Notes under the pieces: generated by a model
Seen by the model: the letters and a program-made list of their open reading frames with translations, nothing else
Told to the model about the DNA's origin: nothing
Databases searched by the model: none
NCBI GenBank assembly: GCA_964016885.1
Contig: OZ024758.1
Span: 28,334,001 to 28,398,000, forward strand
Origin: Eledone cirrhosa
Taxonomy: Eukaryota
Direction of reading: 5' to 3'
Length of the DNA stretch: 64,000 nucleotides
Translations under genes and position numbers: made by a program
Shown: positions 38,021-48,717 of the stretch, piece by piece
Numbering within the stretch: position 1 is the first letter of the stretch
Layout: every line of letters starts with the position of its first letter

Positions 38021-41000
38021 CTACAGGCTGATATAGAGAGAAGACCCATTCACTCTGGCCATTCTCCCTACTTTCACCCACCTTTCATAAAACTTGCTGG
38101 GGTAGAGCACCTCTCTCTCCATTCTGATCCTTCTTTTAAAATGGTATTTGAAAAAGGGGACCAGTTGTTGGCCGGAGAGAAAGGTGTCTGACCTCAGCCC
38201 TTTCAGCCTCGTCCACCATACAACTTCTTTAGCCATGGCTACCACACAGAGAAAAACCGCCTCTCCTTCGTTTTTGAAAGGGGGAGGCGGTTTGATCGTG
38301 ACAATGGACTCGGTGGTCAACCGGATTGGTCCCACCCTCGACAGTAGTCGTTCCACATAGCCCCACAGGTCAGCAATGCCTGGGCAGTGTACGAATGCGT
38401 GCGCAACGGTTTCGTCATCATGCACGCATCTCGGACAGATCTTATTCAAAGGATCTCTACCCAGGCTCCCATGCCTGTGGAGCTTGTCTCGAACGGGTAG
38501 AGCCCCTCGGTAGCACTGCCAAGCCAGGGACTTTTGGAAGTTGTCCATCGGTCCAGGGCCAAACGTCCTACCGAACAGACTGGCCAGTTCATCTTCCTCC
38601 ATGCCTAGAGCTTCTCCGAGAGCATCGTCGCACCTGCTGCGTACCAACCCTCTATAGAATGTCGACGTGGAGTCTCCACTGATTGCTGGGTCCGCTTTCC
38701 AGAGGGCCGTGAGCGCCTGGGCACATTCAATGTGCCAGTCGCCCACTTTTCTCGGTCTTTGCTTGACCCAGGATTGCAGCTCGGTGAGCGAGACGAGTCT
38801 GGGAAAGGCTCGCCTCACAAACGGGGCCCACACCGGTTGACCGGTGAGGAATACCTGGAGGTGCCGTAGCCTTAATGCGTGTTTACGCATCTGTAGCCAC
38901 GGCATCCCCAGCCCTCCTTTCGAAGGGTGTTGACAGCAGATGGATCTCCTCACCAAAGGGGTCCGCTTGTTCCAAAGAAATTGGAACAGCGCGCACTCCA
39001 TTTTGGCGAGTCTTTTCACTGGGCAAGGCACGACGGTCAAGCGGTAGTAGATGACGGATGCTATATAAGTATTCGCCACCTCCGCTCGACCTTTCAGGGA
39101 TAGTTTGCACTGGGCCCACTTCTGGGTGAGTGCAAACACCCTGGCCGTTACCTCGTTCCAGTTTTTCTCCACCTGGAGGTCTGGTCCGAACCAGACCCCA
39201 AGCAGCTTCACCGGGCCCTCCGTCCAGCGTCCGACGACGTCGTTGGAGGGCATCGGTTTGCCTCTCCATGTTCCGAGTTGCAAACCGACGGACTTGTCCC
39301 GGTTCAGCTTGGCTCCTGTAAACCTTTCATATTCCTCCAGTAAGGTGCCGATCTCACCGATTTGCGAGGTTTTCGACACCATTACTGTCACGTCATCGGC
39401 GTAGGCCGACGCCGCTTTCTGCAATCCCGGTTCCAAAAGGATGCCCTGCAACCGCTCCAACTTCCGCAGTAGTGGCTCAAGAGCCAGCACATACAGTAGG
39501 GAGGAGAGAGGGCATCCCTGTCGGATGGATCGCATGATTTGGAACGGCTCCGAGAGGTGGCCGTTCACCTTGACCCTTGAGCAGACGTTGCTGCTGTGCA
39601 TCGCAGCAATCCAACCCCTGAAAACGGGTCCGAAGCCTGCCGCCGCGAGCACCGCATCCAGGTAACGATGGTCAACCCTATCGAAAGCTTTAGATTGATC
39701 CAAGTTGATCAGGGCCCCACCAAAGCCGGGTTCATTCCCTACCCTCTCTATGATGTATCGCATAAGGTGGAGATTGTCGTGAATGGACCTGGACGGGATT
39801 GCGCATGTCTGCGCTTCTCCCACCAGGTTTCCAACGACAAGCGCCAACCTCTTCGCTAACACCTTGGCCAAAATCTTTAACTCTGTATTTAGCAGAGTTA
39901 TGGGCCTGAAGTTACTTATGTCATCCCCCTTGTTCTCATCCTTCCTCACCAGCGTAACTACGCCCTTGGTCACAGAACTGGGAATTCTCCCGTTCTGCTG
40001 CCAGTTGCAGTAGACCGCTTCGAGGATATCGTAGAACAAGTCCGGCATCGCTACATATAGCTCGTATGGTAGACCATCGAGACCCGGGGATTTGCGTTTG
40101 CCGCATTGGCTCAGCGCCGCCCCTATCTCAGCAGCTGAAATCGTCCTTTCGCAGGACTTCGCCTCCGCGTCCGAGAGGCGCGGCAGACCGTCGAGGTATG
40201 GATTGAAATCCATAGTCTCACCCGGCGCGCCGCCCCTCTCGAACAGTCGTGCAAAGTGCCGCTGAAAGGCCGCACACATCTGCCCAGGTTCAAGGATCAC
40301 ACGCCCATCCTGGTCCTTCAAAGACCGAATCGTGGACTTGTTCCCACTTTTTGCCTCTGTCACTCGGGCCCAGCTCACAGCTTTGGCTCCCTCATTACCC
40401 AGAGCACGTATTTTACTCCTGACAACGCAGCCTTCATGCTTCACCTCAAAGAACTGATCTAAGGCCATTCTTGATGCCAGCACGCCGGCTACATTGCCAC
40501 TCCTAATCGCCTCTTCTACTCTATCTACTAATTCCCTTTCCGTCTTGTTCCTATCCCTTGCTAATTCCTGACTAAAACCTATCGATTCTATTCTAATTGC
40601 TCTCTTAAGAGAGCTCCACCACCTGTTGTTGACAATTGCCCCTGTCAAACTCTGCTTAACTAACGTACTAATCCGTTTACTGTAAGCTTTGCTTCTCGGT
40701 AAGGACAAGTTCAGCTTCCAGTAACCGGGTCCCTGTCTATGGGTTCTATCAAGGTTGGCTATGCAGGTCACTAACTTGTGATCCGTATAGTCAACCATGA
40801 ACATTTTTGGACAGCTAAATGTGTCCCTATCGTTCTCTCTAACTAGGACCCTATCTAGGTACGACCTAGATGTTCCACTGCGATTGGTCCACGTCCATAG
40901 TGGTACAGTCGGAAAATCTAGTCGATATCTATCGGCCAGGTCAAGTCGGCCGATTAACCTTTTGAGGCTTTTACACCCCCCTCTATTGGCACATGCCCCT

Positions 41001-41458
41001 ACATAGTCCCAACGTGCATCCAGGATACCATTCCAGTCCCCCACTAAAAGCAAGGAGCGGGACGTTCCCAGAAAAGTTTCCAGACGTTGGAAGTATTCCG
41101 GCCGCGCTGCCCAAAAAGGGGCGTACACAGCTATTAGTCTCAGGGCTCCACTTTCACTACTGCCGACGTCTAAAACCACCAGTCGACCCTCCGGGTCCAG
41201 GTGCACCTTCTGTATGGCGAGGCCCAGGTGTTTTTGCAGCAGAACGACAACTCCACCCCCACCCCCCGGTTGACAGAGAGATGCGAAGATCTCAAAGTCG
41301 TCGAAGAGGGGCGCCAGTTGGTGCTCGCTGCTGATCCTGGACTCGCAAATAGCCATTACATCCATTCTATGCGACCTGAGATCGTTTAAAAGTTTGCCTT
41401 GTTTCCAAGACAGTCCCAGGCCACGTACATTCAGACACCCAACTCTTATATCAGCCAT
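38021..41458 (-). CDS. LINE ORF2 protein: APE endonuclease, reverse transcriptase, C-terminal zinc finger (1145 aa)
   Basis: EN motifs LNVRGL, GDWN, YLDR, TDH; L1/Tx1 linker GPGYWKLN; RT motifs SPGLDG, FRPITLLN, DQSKAFDRV, QGCPLS, YADD; zinc finger CPRC...ETVAHAFVHC. Confidence 0.97.
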   Translation of the reverse strand: MADIRVGCLNVRGLGLSWKQGKLLNDLRSHRMDVMAICESRISSEHQLAPLFDDFEIFASLCQPGGGGGVVVLLQKHLGLAIQKVHLDPEGRLVVLDVGSSESGALRLIAVYAPFWAARPEYFQRLETFLGTSRSLLLVGDWNGILDARWDYVGACANRGGCKSLKRLIGRLDLADRYRLDFPTVPLWTWTNRSGTSRSYLDRVLVRENDRDTFSCPKMFMVDYTDHKLVTCIANLDRTHRQGPGYWKLNLSLPRSKAYSKRISTLVKQSLTGAIVNNRWWSSLKRAIRIESIGFSQELARDRNKTERELVDRVEEAIRSGNVAGVLASRMALDQFFEVKHEGCVVRSKIRALGNEGAKAVSWARVTEAKSGNKSTIRSLKDQDGRVILEPGQMCAAFQRHFARLFERGGAPGETMDFNPYLDGLPRLSDAEAKSCERTISAAEIGAALSQCGKRKSPGLDGLPYELYVAMPDLFYDILEAVYCNWQQNGRIPSSVTKGVVTLVRKDENKGDDISNFRPITLLNTELKILAKVLAKRLALVVGNLVGEAQTCAIPSRSIHDNLHLMRYIIERVGNEPGFGGALINLDQSKAFDRVDHRYLDAVLAAAGFGPVFRGWIAAMHSSNVCSRVKVNGHLSEPFQIMRSIRQGCPLSSLLYVLALEPLLRKLERLQGILLEPGLQKAASAYADDVTVMVSKTSQIGEIGTLLEEYERFTGAKLNRDKSVGLQLGTWRGKPMPSNDVVGRWTEGPVKLLGVWFGPDLQVEKNWNEVTARVFALTQKWAQCKLSLKGRAEVANTYIASVIYYRLTVVPCPVKRLAKMECALFQFLWNKRTPLVRRSICCQHPSKGGLGMPWLQMRKHALRLRHLQVFLTGQPVWAPFVRRAFPRLVSLTELQSWVKQRPRKVGDWHIECAQALTALWKADPAISGDSTSTFYRGLVRSRCDDALGEALGMEEDELASLFGRTFGPGPMDNFQKSLAWQCYRGALPVRDKLHRHGSLGRDPLNKICPRCVHDDETVAHAFVHCPGIADLWGYVERLLSRVGPIRLTTESIVTIKPPPPFKNEGEAVFLCVVAMAKEVVWWTRLKGLRSDTFLSGQQLVPFFKYHFKRRIRMEREVLYPSKFYERWVKVGRMARVNGSSLYISL

Positions 41459-41479
41459 GTTGGTTAAAAGAGGAAGGAC

Positions 41480-43225
41480 CTACCTGTTCGGCTCCTGAGG
41501 AGCAGGTTGCACAATATCCATGGGCGTATTGGAGGGGTTGTTTGGTGGGGTGTTGTTCTGTGGTGGAGTGGGGGTGTTTGGTGAGGTGTGGGTGGGGAAA
41601 CGTTTCAAGAGGACGCGGTTATAGGGTCGAGTACATGTTTTCCCCACGTCCTCAGGAAAGTTCTCTCTTAGTTTTGCATAGGTGTCCATTGGGAGTCTTA
41701 TCATTTTTAAATGCGGTTTGTTGGCCGCGCTTGCAAAGAATTGCCCTTCAGTTTCCACCAAAGGGTCTTTGTGTATTGTTTTTACTAGTTCTTTGTTATT
41801 TGTGTTAATGTATGTATACTGTTTTATTTGTGTTGTGTTTGTTTGTTGTTCTTGTGTGTGCTTACGTTTTGTTGTACGTGTTATGTTTTGGGGTGGGGCG
41901 GATTTTGTTTGTTCTGTTTGTTTTGTTTTTGTTGGTGGTTGTGTGTTTGTTTCGTTTATGTTCGAGTGGTGCTTTCTTTTTTTCCTTTTTACAGGTTGGA
42001 AGGGTTCCCCCTCTTCGTCACTAGGTGCCGTTTCCGCTGGGTCCTCGTCCGTGCTGTCGGGTAGTGGTGTATTTTGGGGTTTTGTTGTATTTGTGTGTGT
42101 TTTGGGAGTTGTTTTGGGTGGGGCCGTGTCTTGTGTTATTTTTCCCTGTTGTTTTTGTTGTTGTTGTGGTGGTGGTGGTGGTGGAGGTGGTGGTGGTGGT
42201 GGTGGTGGCGGTGGTGGTGTGTGGGGTGTAGGCAAAAGAGCCTTTTTTTTTGTCAATTGAGGACAAGCAACCCTTAGATGACCCCTGCTTGAACAGTAGT
42301 AACATATGGGCCTCCTACCCTCGGCTGAAATATATATAAATGTTTCTCCATCGAGGGACACCCTCTGTGGTATTCTAGCTATTCGTTCTGGTCTCATTTG
42401 GACCAGAACCTCCACGCTCAAACCGCCGAAAACGTCTGTGGTGACTTCTCCTACTGAGAGGATTCCGTCCTCGTCTTCTAAAAATCCTGTTAGTACCCAG
42501 GAAATGCATGCATTTGGCCGGATTCCGGAGACCCTTATCTTCTGCGTTCTTTTCCCTAAATATGTGGGGAAAAATGTATGTAGCTTGGAAACAATTGGTG
42601 CCACAGAGTATTTCCTGGCCGTCAATTGATCCTTCATTAGGACCGTTATATTCCCATAGAGTGGCCCTTTTTGTATGAACGATATATCACTCCACACATT
42701 TTTTAGGACCAGCTCAATCTCTTTTTGGGATAATTGAGTTGGTTTCCTTGTTATGTTGGAAATTGTTCTGAAAGATATCGTTCTTAGCGTCGTGTCTCTT
42801 TTGATTTCTTGTGGGGAGGTGATTGTGAAGTCTCCTCCTTCTTTGAAAGTTACATACTGTTTCGCTTCCTTCATCTTTTCTCTCAGAGTTGTAATGTCCA
42901 GTTGCTTGCAGGTTTGTGTTTTCCGGACCGCCTGTGCAAAGGAGGCACCAGTAGTGGGTTCGCTTTGTTTGGTGTTATCGTTATTTTTTCCTTGGTTGGT
43001 GTTGTGACTATTGCTGTTATTGTCGTTGTTGTTTTTGTCTGCGTTTATGTGACTTTCTGGGTTTTCACCCATTTTTACAAATTTTTCTTTTAATTCCGTG
43101 TTCCATGTTTCTTTTGCAGAAGTCAGGAGGTAAGACTTAGAGCCTTGTGCTTCTAGCTTCTCTGTATCACCTTTCTTAGGGGGCATGGCTTTCACGTTAG
43201 GATGAGATGTGAAAATTCCGTCCAT
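41480..43225 (-). CDS. LINE ORF1 protein (gag-like zinc knuckle, Pro/Thr/Gln-rich C-terminal half)
   Basis: First ATG at 43225 within the 612-codon open frame. CYYCSSRGHLRVAC is CX2CX4HX4C. Basic KRKKRK motif. Confidence 0.9.
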   Translation of the reverse strand: MDGIFTSHPNVKAMPPKKGDTEKLEAQGSKSYLLTSAKETWNTELKEKFVKMGENPESHINADKNNNDNNSNSHNTNQGKNNDNTKQSEPTTGASFAQAVRKTQTCKQLDITTLREKMKEAKQYVTFKEGGDFTITSPQEIKRDTTLRTISFRTISNITRKPTQLSQKEIELVLKNVWSDISFIQKGPLYGNITVLMKDQLTARKYSVAPIVSKLHTFFPTYLGKRTQKIRVSGIRPNACISWVLTGFLEDEDGILSVGEVTTDVFGGLSVEVLVQMRPERIARIPQRVSLDGETFIYISAEGRRPICYYCSSRGHLRVACPQLTKKKALLPTPHTPPPPPPPPPPPPPPPPPQQQQKQQGKITQDTAPPKTTPKTHTNTTKPQNTPLPDSTDEDPAETAPSDEEGEPFQPVKRKKRKHHSNINETNTQPPTKTKQTEQTKSAPPQNITRTTKRKHTQEQQTNTTQIKQYTYINTNNKELVKTIHKDPLVETEGQFFASAANKPHLKMIRLPMDTYAKLRENFPEDVGKTCTRPYNRVLLKRFPTHTSPNTPTPPQNNTPPNNPSNTPMDIVQPAPQEPNR

Positions 43226-43842
43226 TTCTATTAGTTTGCCGTAATAAATTTTTAACTGGAAAATTCGCCCCAAAAAGGGGCGAAAATAAATAAACTCAAA
43301 GTTTGACGACCAAGGCAAGGGGTTAACGTATATTACAGTATAAAAAAATTAATCAAAACTCACTTTTTGAGTAAGTAAATCCGACTCGGTAGCCGAGCGT
43401 GTTCACACACGTCAACACACGTCTCTCGTATACGAGATGTTATGTGAGATATTATGTGAGGTAAAGCCTTTACCATGAAAATATAATAGTATTTATAGAG
43501 TAATGTAAATTTTATGTGAGATATTATGTGAGGTAAAGCCTTTACCATGAAAATATAATAGTTTATATAGAGTAATGTAAATGTTATGTGAGATATTATG
43601 TGAGGTAAAGCCTTTACCATGAAAATACAATAGTATATATAGAGTAATGTAAATGTTATGTGAGATATTATGTGAGGTAAAGCCTTTACCATGAAAATAT
43701 AATAGTATATATAGAGTAATGTAAATGTTATGTGAGATATTATGTGAGGTAAAGCCTTTACCATGAAAATATAATAGTTTATATAGAGTAATATGAATGC
43801 TAAAGTGTTAAAAACAGAACCAAGAGGTCTCAATTCACTTAC

Positions 43843-43950
43843 CTCAAATATATTAAGAGTCAATAATTCATCGGCAAGTCTTTGTCTTAGTTGTTCTAAG
43901 TTTCCTCGCATAAAATCAACATACGCTTTACCAAGTTCATTAACAGGTTT
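43843..43950 (-). CDS. CADPS: CAPS/CADPS coding exon, KPVNELGKAYVDFMRGNLEQLRQRLADELLTLNIFE
   Basis: ttttcag / gtaagt, 108 nt. Matches CADPS [36 protein letters not shown]. Confidence 0.95.
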
Positions 43951-44148
43951 CTGAAAATATTAAACATTCTATAGAAATTTTAACTCTGAAAGAGAATTCT
44001 TTTCTTACATAACATTTTTAAAATGTTACCATTTCAACAAATAATTATAAACAAATAAAATGAAAACCTGAAGTTCATTAGAAAGCAAATTTTTCAGTTG
44101 AAGAAATGACAACAGACAATAGTTTCAATTTTATATTTGTTTTGATCC

Positions 44149-44394
44149 TACCATCAAAATAATTGTTTCTACTTTAGGCACAAGGCCAGCAATTTGAAGG
44201 GGAGGGGAAAGTCAATGAAAATGACCCTAGTGCATGACTGGTACTTTAATTTATCGACCCTGTAAGGATGTAAAACAAAGTTAACCTCGGCAGGATTCGA
44301 ACTCAGAACGTAAAGGGTCGTAACTCTGTGCTATGAAGCATGGTGTCCGATACTCTACCGATGCCGCCAATCCACAGCGTACCATCAAAATAAT
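44149..44394 (-). mobile_element. SINE family A with 15-bp TSD
   Basis: TACCATCAAAATAAT at both ends. Confidence 0.9.
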
Positions 44395-44677
44395 GATGTG
44401 CTCTGTTATATTGTCAAACGCTGGAATTCATTAATAGGGGAAATAACTATACATTTAGTAAAGGGAGTTAATTTATTTTTAATATAATGTTTCTTTTATA
44501 TATTTTGTTTTTACATCTTTGATTGATTTCCAGTTGCTGTTTAAATATTTTATATCATTTAGTAACCAAAAACTAATTATTTTGTGAATCCAGTAAACTA
44601 AGGAAATCCCAGCATCTTATGCAAATGTTTCTAATTCCCTCCAATGTTACCATATAGATATTTAATTAGTTATTAAT

Positions 44678-44685
44678 GTGTGTGA

Positions 44686-44746
<61 letters not shown>

Positions 44747-45106
44747 TGTGTGTGAGTATGTGTGTGTGTGAGTGTGTGAGTATGTGTGAGTATGTGTGTG
44801 TGTGAGTGTGTGAGTATGTGTGAGTATGTGTGTGTGAGTGTGTGTGTGTGTGTGTGTGTGAGTGTGTGAGTGTGAGTGAGTATGTGTGCGTGTGAGTGTG
44901 TGTGTGTGTGTGAGTGTGTGTGAGTATGTGTGAGTGTGTGTGAGTGTGTGAGTATGTGTGAGTGTGAGTATGTGTGTGTGTGAGTGTGTGAGTATGTGTG
45001 CGTGTGAGTATGTGTGCGTGTGTGTGTGAGTGTGTGTGTGTGTGTGTGTGAGTGTGTGTGAGTATGAGTGTGAGTGTGTGTGAGTGTGTGTGAGTGTGTG
45101 TGTGTG
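44678..45106. repeat. (TG)n/TGAG compound microsatellite
   Basis: Direct reading; explains the His/Thr ORFs. Confidence 0.95.
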
Positions 45107-45913
45107 CAAGCAAAACACATCGGCAACCTATACCATTGCTACCTCAATAATATACACCTGGTCAATGAGGAAGAACCCTATCTTGGGTGCAAGCTACCCC
45201 ATAGTCCCAGTGGACAGAATAGAGAAAGCCTATGCAAATGTCTTATGGTGTTGGCAGACAAGGGAGGGAGATATACTGAACGGTCCAGTCCACCTCACAG
45301 AGTTTGCTCTCTCCATCTCAATCAGATATTCCAACTGTAATAGGTTCAACAACAAAGCCAGAACTTTGTCAGGCAACAAAGTATGGGTTTGACACTGGTT
45401 TCACAAGGTTATTTCAGGAGAAATTATTATTGCATGTCAAATCACAGATTAGGAACTTACTGCCTCAAAACAGAAAGACTGTAACATAGCCGGTCTTTTG
45501 CTATCCTCTTGGTCTAATTCTGTTGACTTCAGGTATGCTGAAAATCACAGGTAAGCTGTGTCCAAAACCCATTTATGAATATCACAGAGAAAAGAACATA
45601 CCAGGTGAAACAGTGGATACTGAGGTATACCACAGTGAGGTGGGTTGACAATTATAAGGCAAAGAGTTTAATTTGATTTTTAGAAGATGCCTAATTTTAA
45701 ACACTAACATAGTAGTAGATAGTTGTGGCAAGGCACCTGTATTCTAGTCATTAGAAAAAGCATATGCTTTATCTTCAATGGAGGGATGACTCAAGAAGAA
45801 GAATTTTAAACATTTGTAAAGAGGTGGATCATCTTTTTACAGAAAAATAATTCAATTGAAATATAATTTAGAATATTGTCAATATTGTACAAACTTAATA
45901 ACAAATTATTTAC

Positions 45914-45997
45914 CGTAAGTGATAGAATAGATGAAAAGAAAGTTCCTTCATCATAGCGAGCAAGTTTGCTGAGAACTGATTCCAAAACTGATAACAA
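45914..45997 (-). CDS. CADPS: CAPS/CADPS coding exon, LLSVLESVLSKLARYDEGTFFSSILSLT
   Basis: gttgcag / gtaaat, 84 nt. Matches CADPS [28 protein letters not shown]. Confidence 0.97.
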
Positions 45998-46358
45998 CTG
46001 CAACATAAAAAGAGTCAAATGAAGAAGAAATCTACTTTTGGCTATTTTGGAAAAACATTTTGGCTAAGAAAATATCAAATAAAAGTATGAGATGGGTTAG
46101 GACCCAGCCCAACCTGTAAAGTGTTAGTGCCATGATGAAAAGCACCCAGTCCATCATGGAAGGTGGTAGTGCTAGAATCACAATTAAATGTTCCTAGTAC
46201 AAGCTGTTCTGTAAAGTAGTTGGTGTTAGGAAGGGCTTACAGCTGTAGAAACCCAGCCAAATACAGATCTGTATGAACATGACATAGTCTCCAGACCTGA
46301 CTTCTCTCATAACATGACAACTAATGCAAGCATAGAAAAATGGATGGATGTTTAATGA

Positions 46359-46397
<39 letters not shown>

Positions 46398-46465
46398 TAC
46401 GTATGTATAGTTTAATTAATGGTTTGTAACAAAACAATACTTTGACACCTTGTTCCTACTCATTT

Positions 46466-47770
46466 AGGAGTCACAACAACAAGTACCCAGCCCACACTGT
46501 AAAGTGGTCATGTAGGAGTCATGACAACAACTGCCCAGCCCACACTGTAAAGTGGTCATGTAGGAGTCATGACAACAAGTGCCCAGTCCACACTGTAAAG
46601 TGGTCATGTAGGAGTCATGACAACAAGTGCCCAGCCCACACTGTAAAGTGGTCATGTAGGAGTCATGACAACAAGTGCCCAGTCCACACTGTAAAGTGGT
46701 CATGTAGGAGTCATGACAACAAGTGCCCATTACACACTGTAAAGTGGTCATGTAGAAGTCATGACAACAAGTGCCCAGCCCACACTGTAAAGTGGTCAAG
46801 TAGGAGTCATGACAACAAGTGCCCAGTCCACACTGTAAAGTGATCATGTAGGAGTCATGACAACAAGTGCCCAGTCCACACTGTAAAGTGGTCATGTAGG
46901 AGTCATGACAACAAGTGCCCAGTCCACACTGTAAAGTGATCATGTAGGAGTCATGACAAAATGTGCCCATTACACACTGTAAAGTGGTCATGTAGGAGTC
47001 ATGACAACAAGTGCCCAGCCCACACTGTAAAGTGGTCAAGTAGGAGTCATGACAACAAGTGCCCAGCCCACACTGTAAAGTGGTCAAGTAGGAGTCATGA
47101 CAACAAGTGCCCAGTCCACACTGTAAAGTGATCATGTAGGAGTCATGACAACAAGTGCCCAGTCCACACTGTAAAGTGGTCATGTAGGAGTCATGACAAC
47201 AAGTGCCCAGTCCACACTGTAAAGTGATCATGTAGGAGTCATGACAAAATGTGCCCATTACACACTGTAAAGTGGTCATGTAGGAGTCATGACAACAAGT
47301 GCCCAGCCCACACTGTAAAGTGGTCATGTAGGAGTCATGACAACAAGTGCCCAGTCCACACTGTAAAGTGGTCATGTAGGAGTCATGACAACAAGTGCCC
47401 AGTCCACACTGTAAAGTGATCATGTAGGAGTCATGACAAAATGTGCCCATTACACACTGTAAAGTGGTCATGTAGGAGTCATGACAACAAGTGCCCAGCC
47501 CACACTGTAAAGTGGTCATGTAGGAGTCATGACAACAAGTGCCCAGTCCACACTGTAAAGTGATCATGTAGGAGTCATGACAAAATGTGCCCAGCCCACA
47601 CTGTAAATGTGGGTGGCGCTAGGAAGGGCATCCAACTGTAAAAACGAAGCCAAAATCAGTTCTGTGGGAGTGAAACATGGTCCTCCGACCTGATCTTTCA
47701 CAAACAGACAGCCCGAGCTACCCATGCAAGCGTGGAATATGGATGTTAAACGATGATAACGATGATGATG
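46466..47770 (+). repeat. 48-bp minisatellite (~23 copies) expanded within a SINE/RTE 3' tail ending in (GAT)n
   Basis: Unit GTAGGAGTCATGACAACAAGTGCCCAGCCCACACTGTAAAGTGGTCAT is homologous to the 2-3x subrepeat at 10640-10780 and 53900-53980. The tail resumes at ~47610. Confidence 0.92.
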
Positions 47771-47905
47771 ATATATATATAAACTATCTATTTTTAGAAC
47801 CACTGTGTGGGTTATTAACCTAACGTTTGAATGTATATTAGCTTAAAGTACAGCTTGAATGCAAGTTTTTGACTATGAAAATAGTCTAATGGATATATAA
47901 GCCCA

Positions 47906-48238
47906 TGGAGGCACATGACTTAGTGGTTAGAGCATTGGCCTTGCAATCGAAAGGTTGTGAGTTCAATTCTCAGACCGGGTGATGTGTTGTTTCCTTGAGC
48001 AAGACACTTTATTTCACATTGATCCAGTTTACTCAGCTGTAGAAATGAGATGATAGGACTGGGGTCCCTATCATTCCACTGGTCGTGGAGGTGTCATGGG
48101 AAAAAAGCACCCAGCACTCACTGTAAATGAGGTTGGTGTTAGGAAGGGCATCCAGCTGTAGAAATCAAGCCAGAATCAGTTCTCGTCCCACCCTTGCAAA
48201 CAGGGAAAAGGGGACGTAAAATGATGATGATGATGATG
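47906..48238 (+). mobile_element. SINE family B
   Basis: tRNA-like head; the 3' ~55 bp are nearly identical to the RTE end at 626-686. Confidence 0.88.
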
Positions 48239-48717
48239 TTTAGAGGCAGAAGAAAGAAAGTGGACACTTTTTTTCCATCTTCCAAACATACATTCAAATA
48301 TATATAAATATATATATATATCATGATCATTTTATATTTGCTTTTCCATATTAGCCTGAACTGGACAGTCCAACATTAGACCTGTCATCTCTCCCCATCT
48401 GACAGGGAGATATCTCACCTACTTTGGGGTGGGTAAGAGATGTCTTCTCTTGTGAAAATAGGTATAGCTTTGATTATGTAAAATCTCCCCATTTTGCCTC
48501 ATTTCTTCCCATTTTTAGGGGTACTTTTTTTCATGGTTTGGGTTTTTAAAGGTTGACAGGTTTGACATATAGAGAAAGTCTGTTCTGCTATCCTAAATAA
48601 GTTGTAGACTACATTTTGCTTGTACATTCCATTCACAAAATCTATTGGTTGTATTTCATCATAGCACTGTCATTACAGAGGTAGACCCTGGTAGAGTACA
48701 AAGTTCTCTTTGTATCC

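Larger units (their letters stand above)
37784..43436 (-). mobile_element. Apparently full-length Tx1/L1-clade non-LTR retrotransposon (~5.65 kb)
   Basis: Short 5' UTR, two uninterrupted ORFs 21 bp apart, and a 3' UTR ending AATAAAGAAACC. GC-rich relative to the flanks. Interrupts the 72-bp MITE array. Confidence 0.95.
37222..43811 (+). mobile_element. TTAA-flanked piggyBac-like MITE with expanded 72-bp internal array, interrupted by the LINE
   Basis: TTAA|CCCTTTAATG at 37222 and ATGCTAAAGTG|TTAA at 43811. About five 72-bp units on each side of the LINE. Body matches the six other copies. Confidence 0.9.

Noticed and set aside
38148-43093. Many short plus-strand ORFs
   Set aside because: Antisense shadows of the GC-rich LINE ORFs.
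43230-43436. HDV-like ribozyme in the LINE 5' UTR
   Set aside because: Only two simple hairpins (43264-43284, 43385-43397); no nested double pseudoknot found by eye.
43360-43911. 183-aa ORF fusing CAPS sequence to MITE repeats
   Set aside because: Read-through past a canonical gtaagt donor at 43842; the real exon is 43843-43950.
46464-47567. 367-aa Cys-rich ORF resembling a metallothionein
   Set aside because: Translation of a 48-bp retroposon-derived minisatellite inside an intron; no unique coding sequence.
47906-47980. tRNA gene
   Set aside because: tRNA-like SINE head that continues into a SINE body; many diverged copies.
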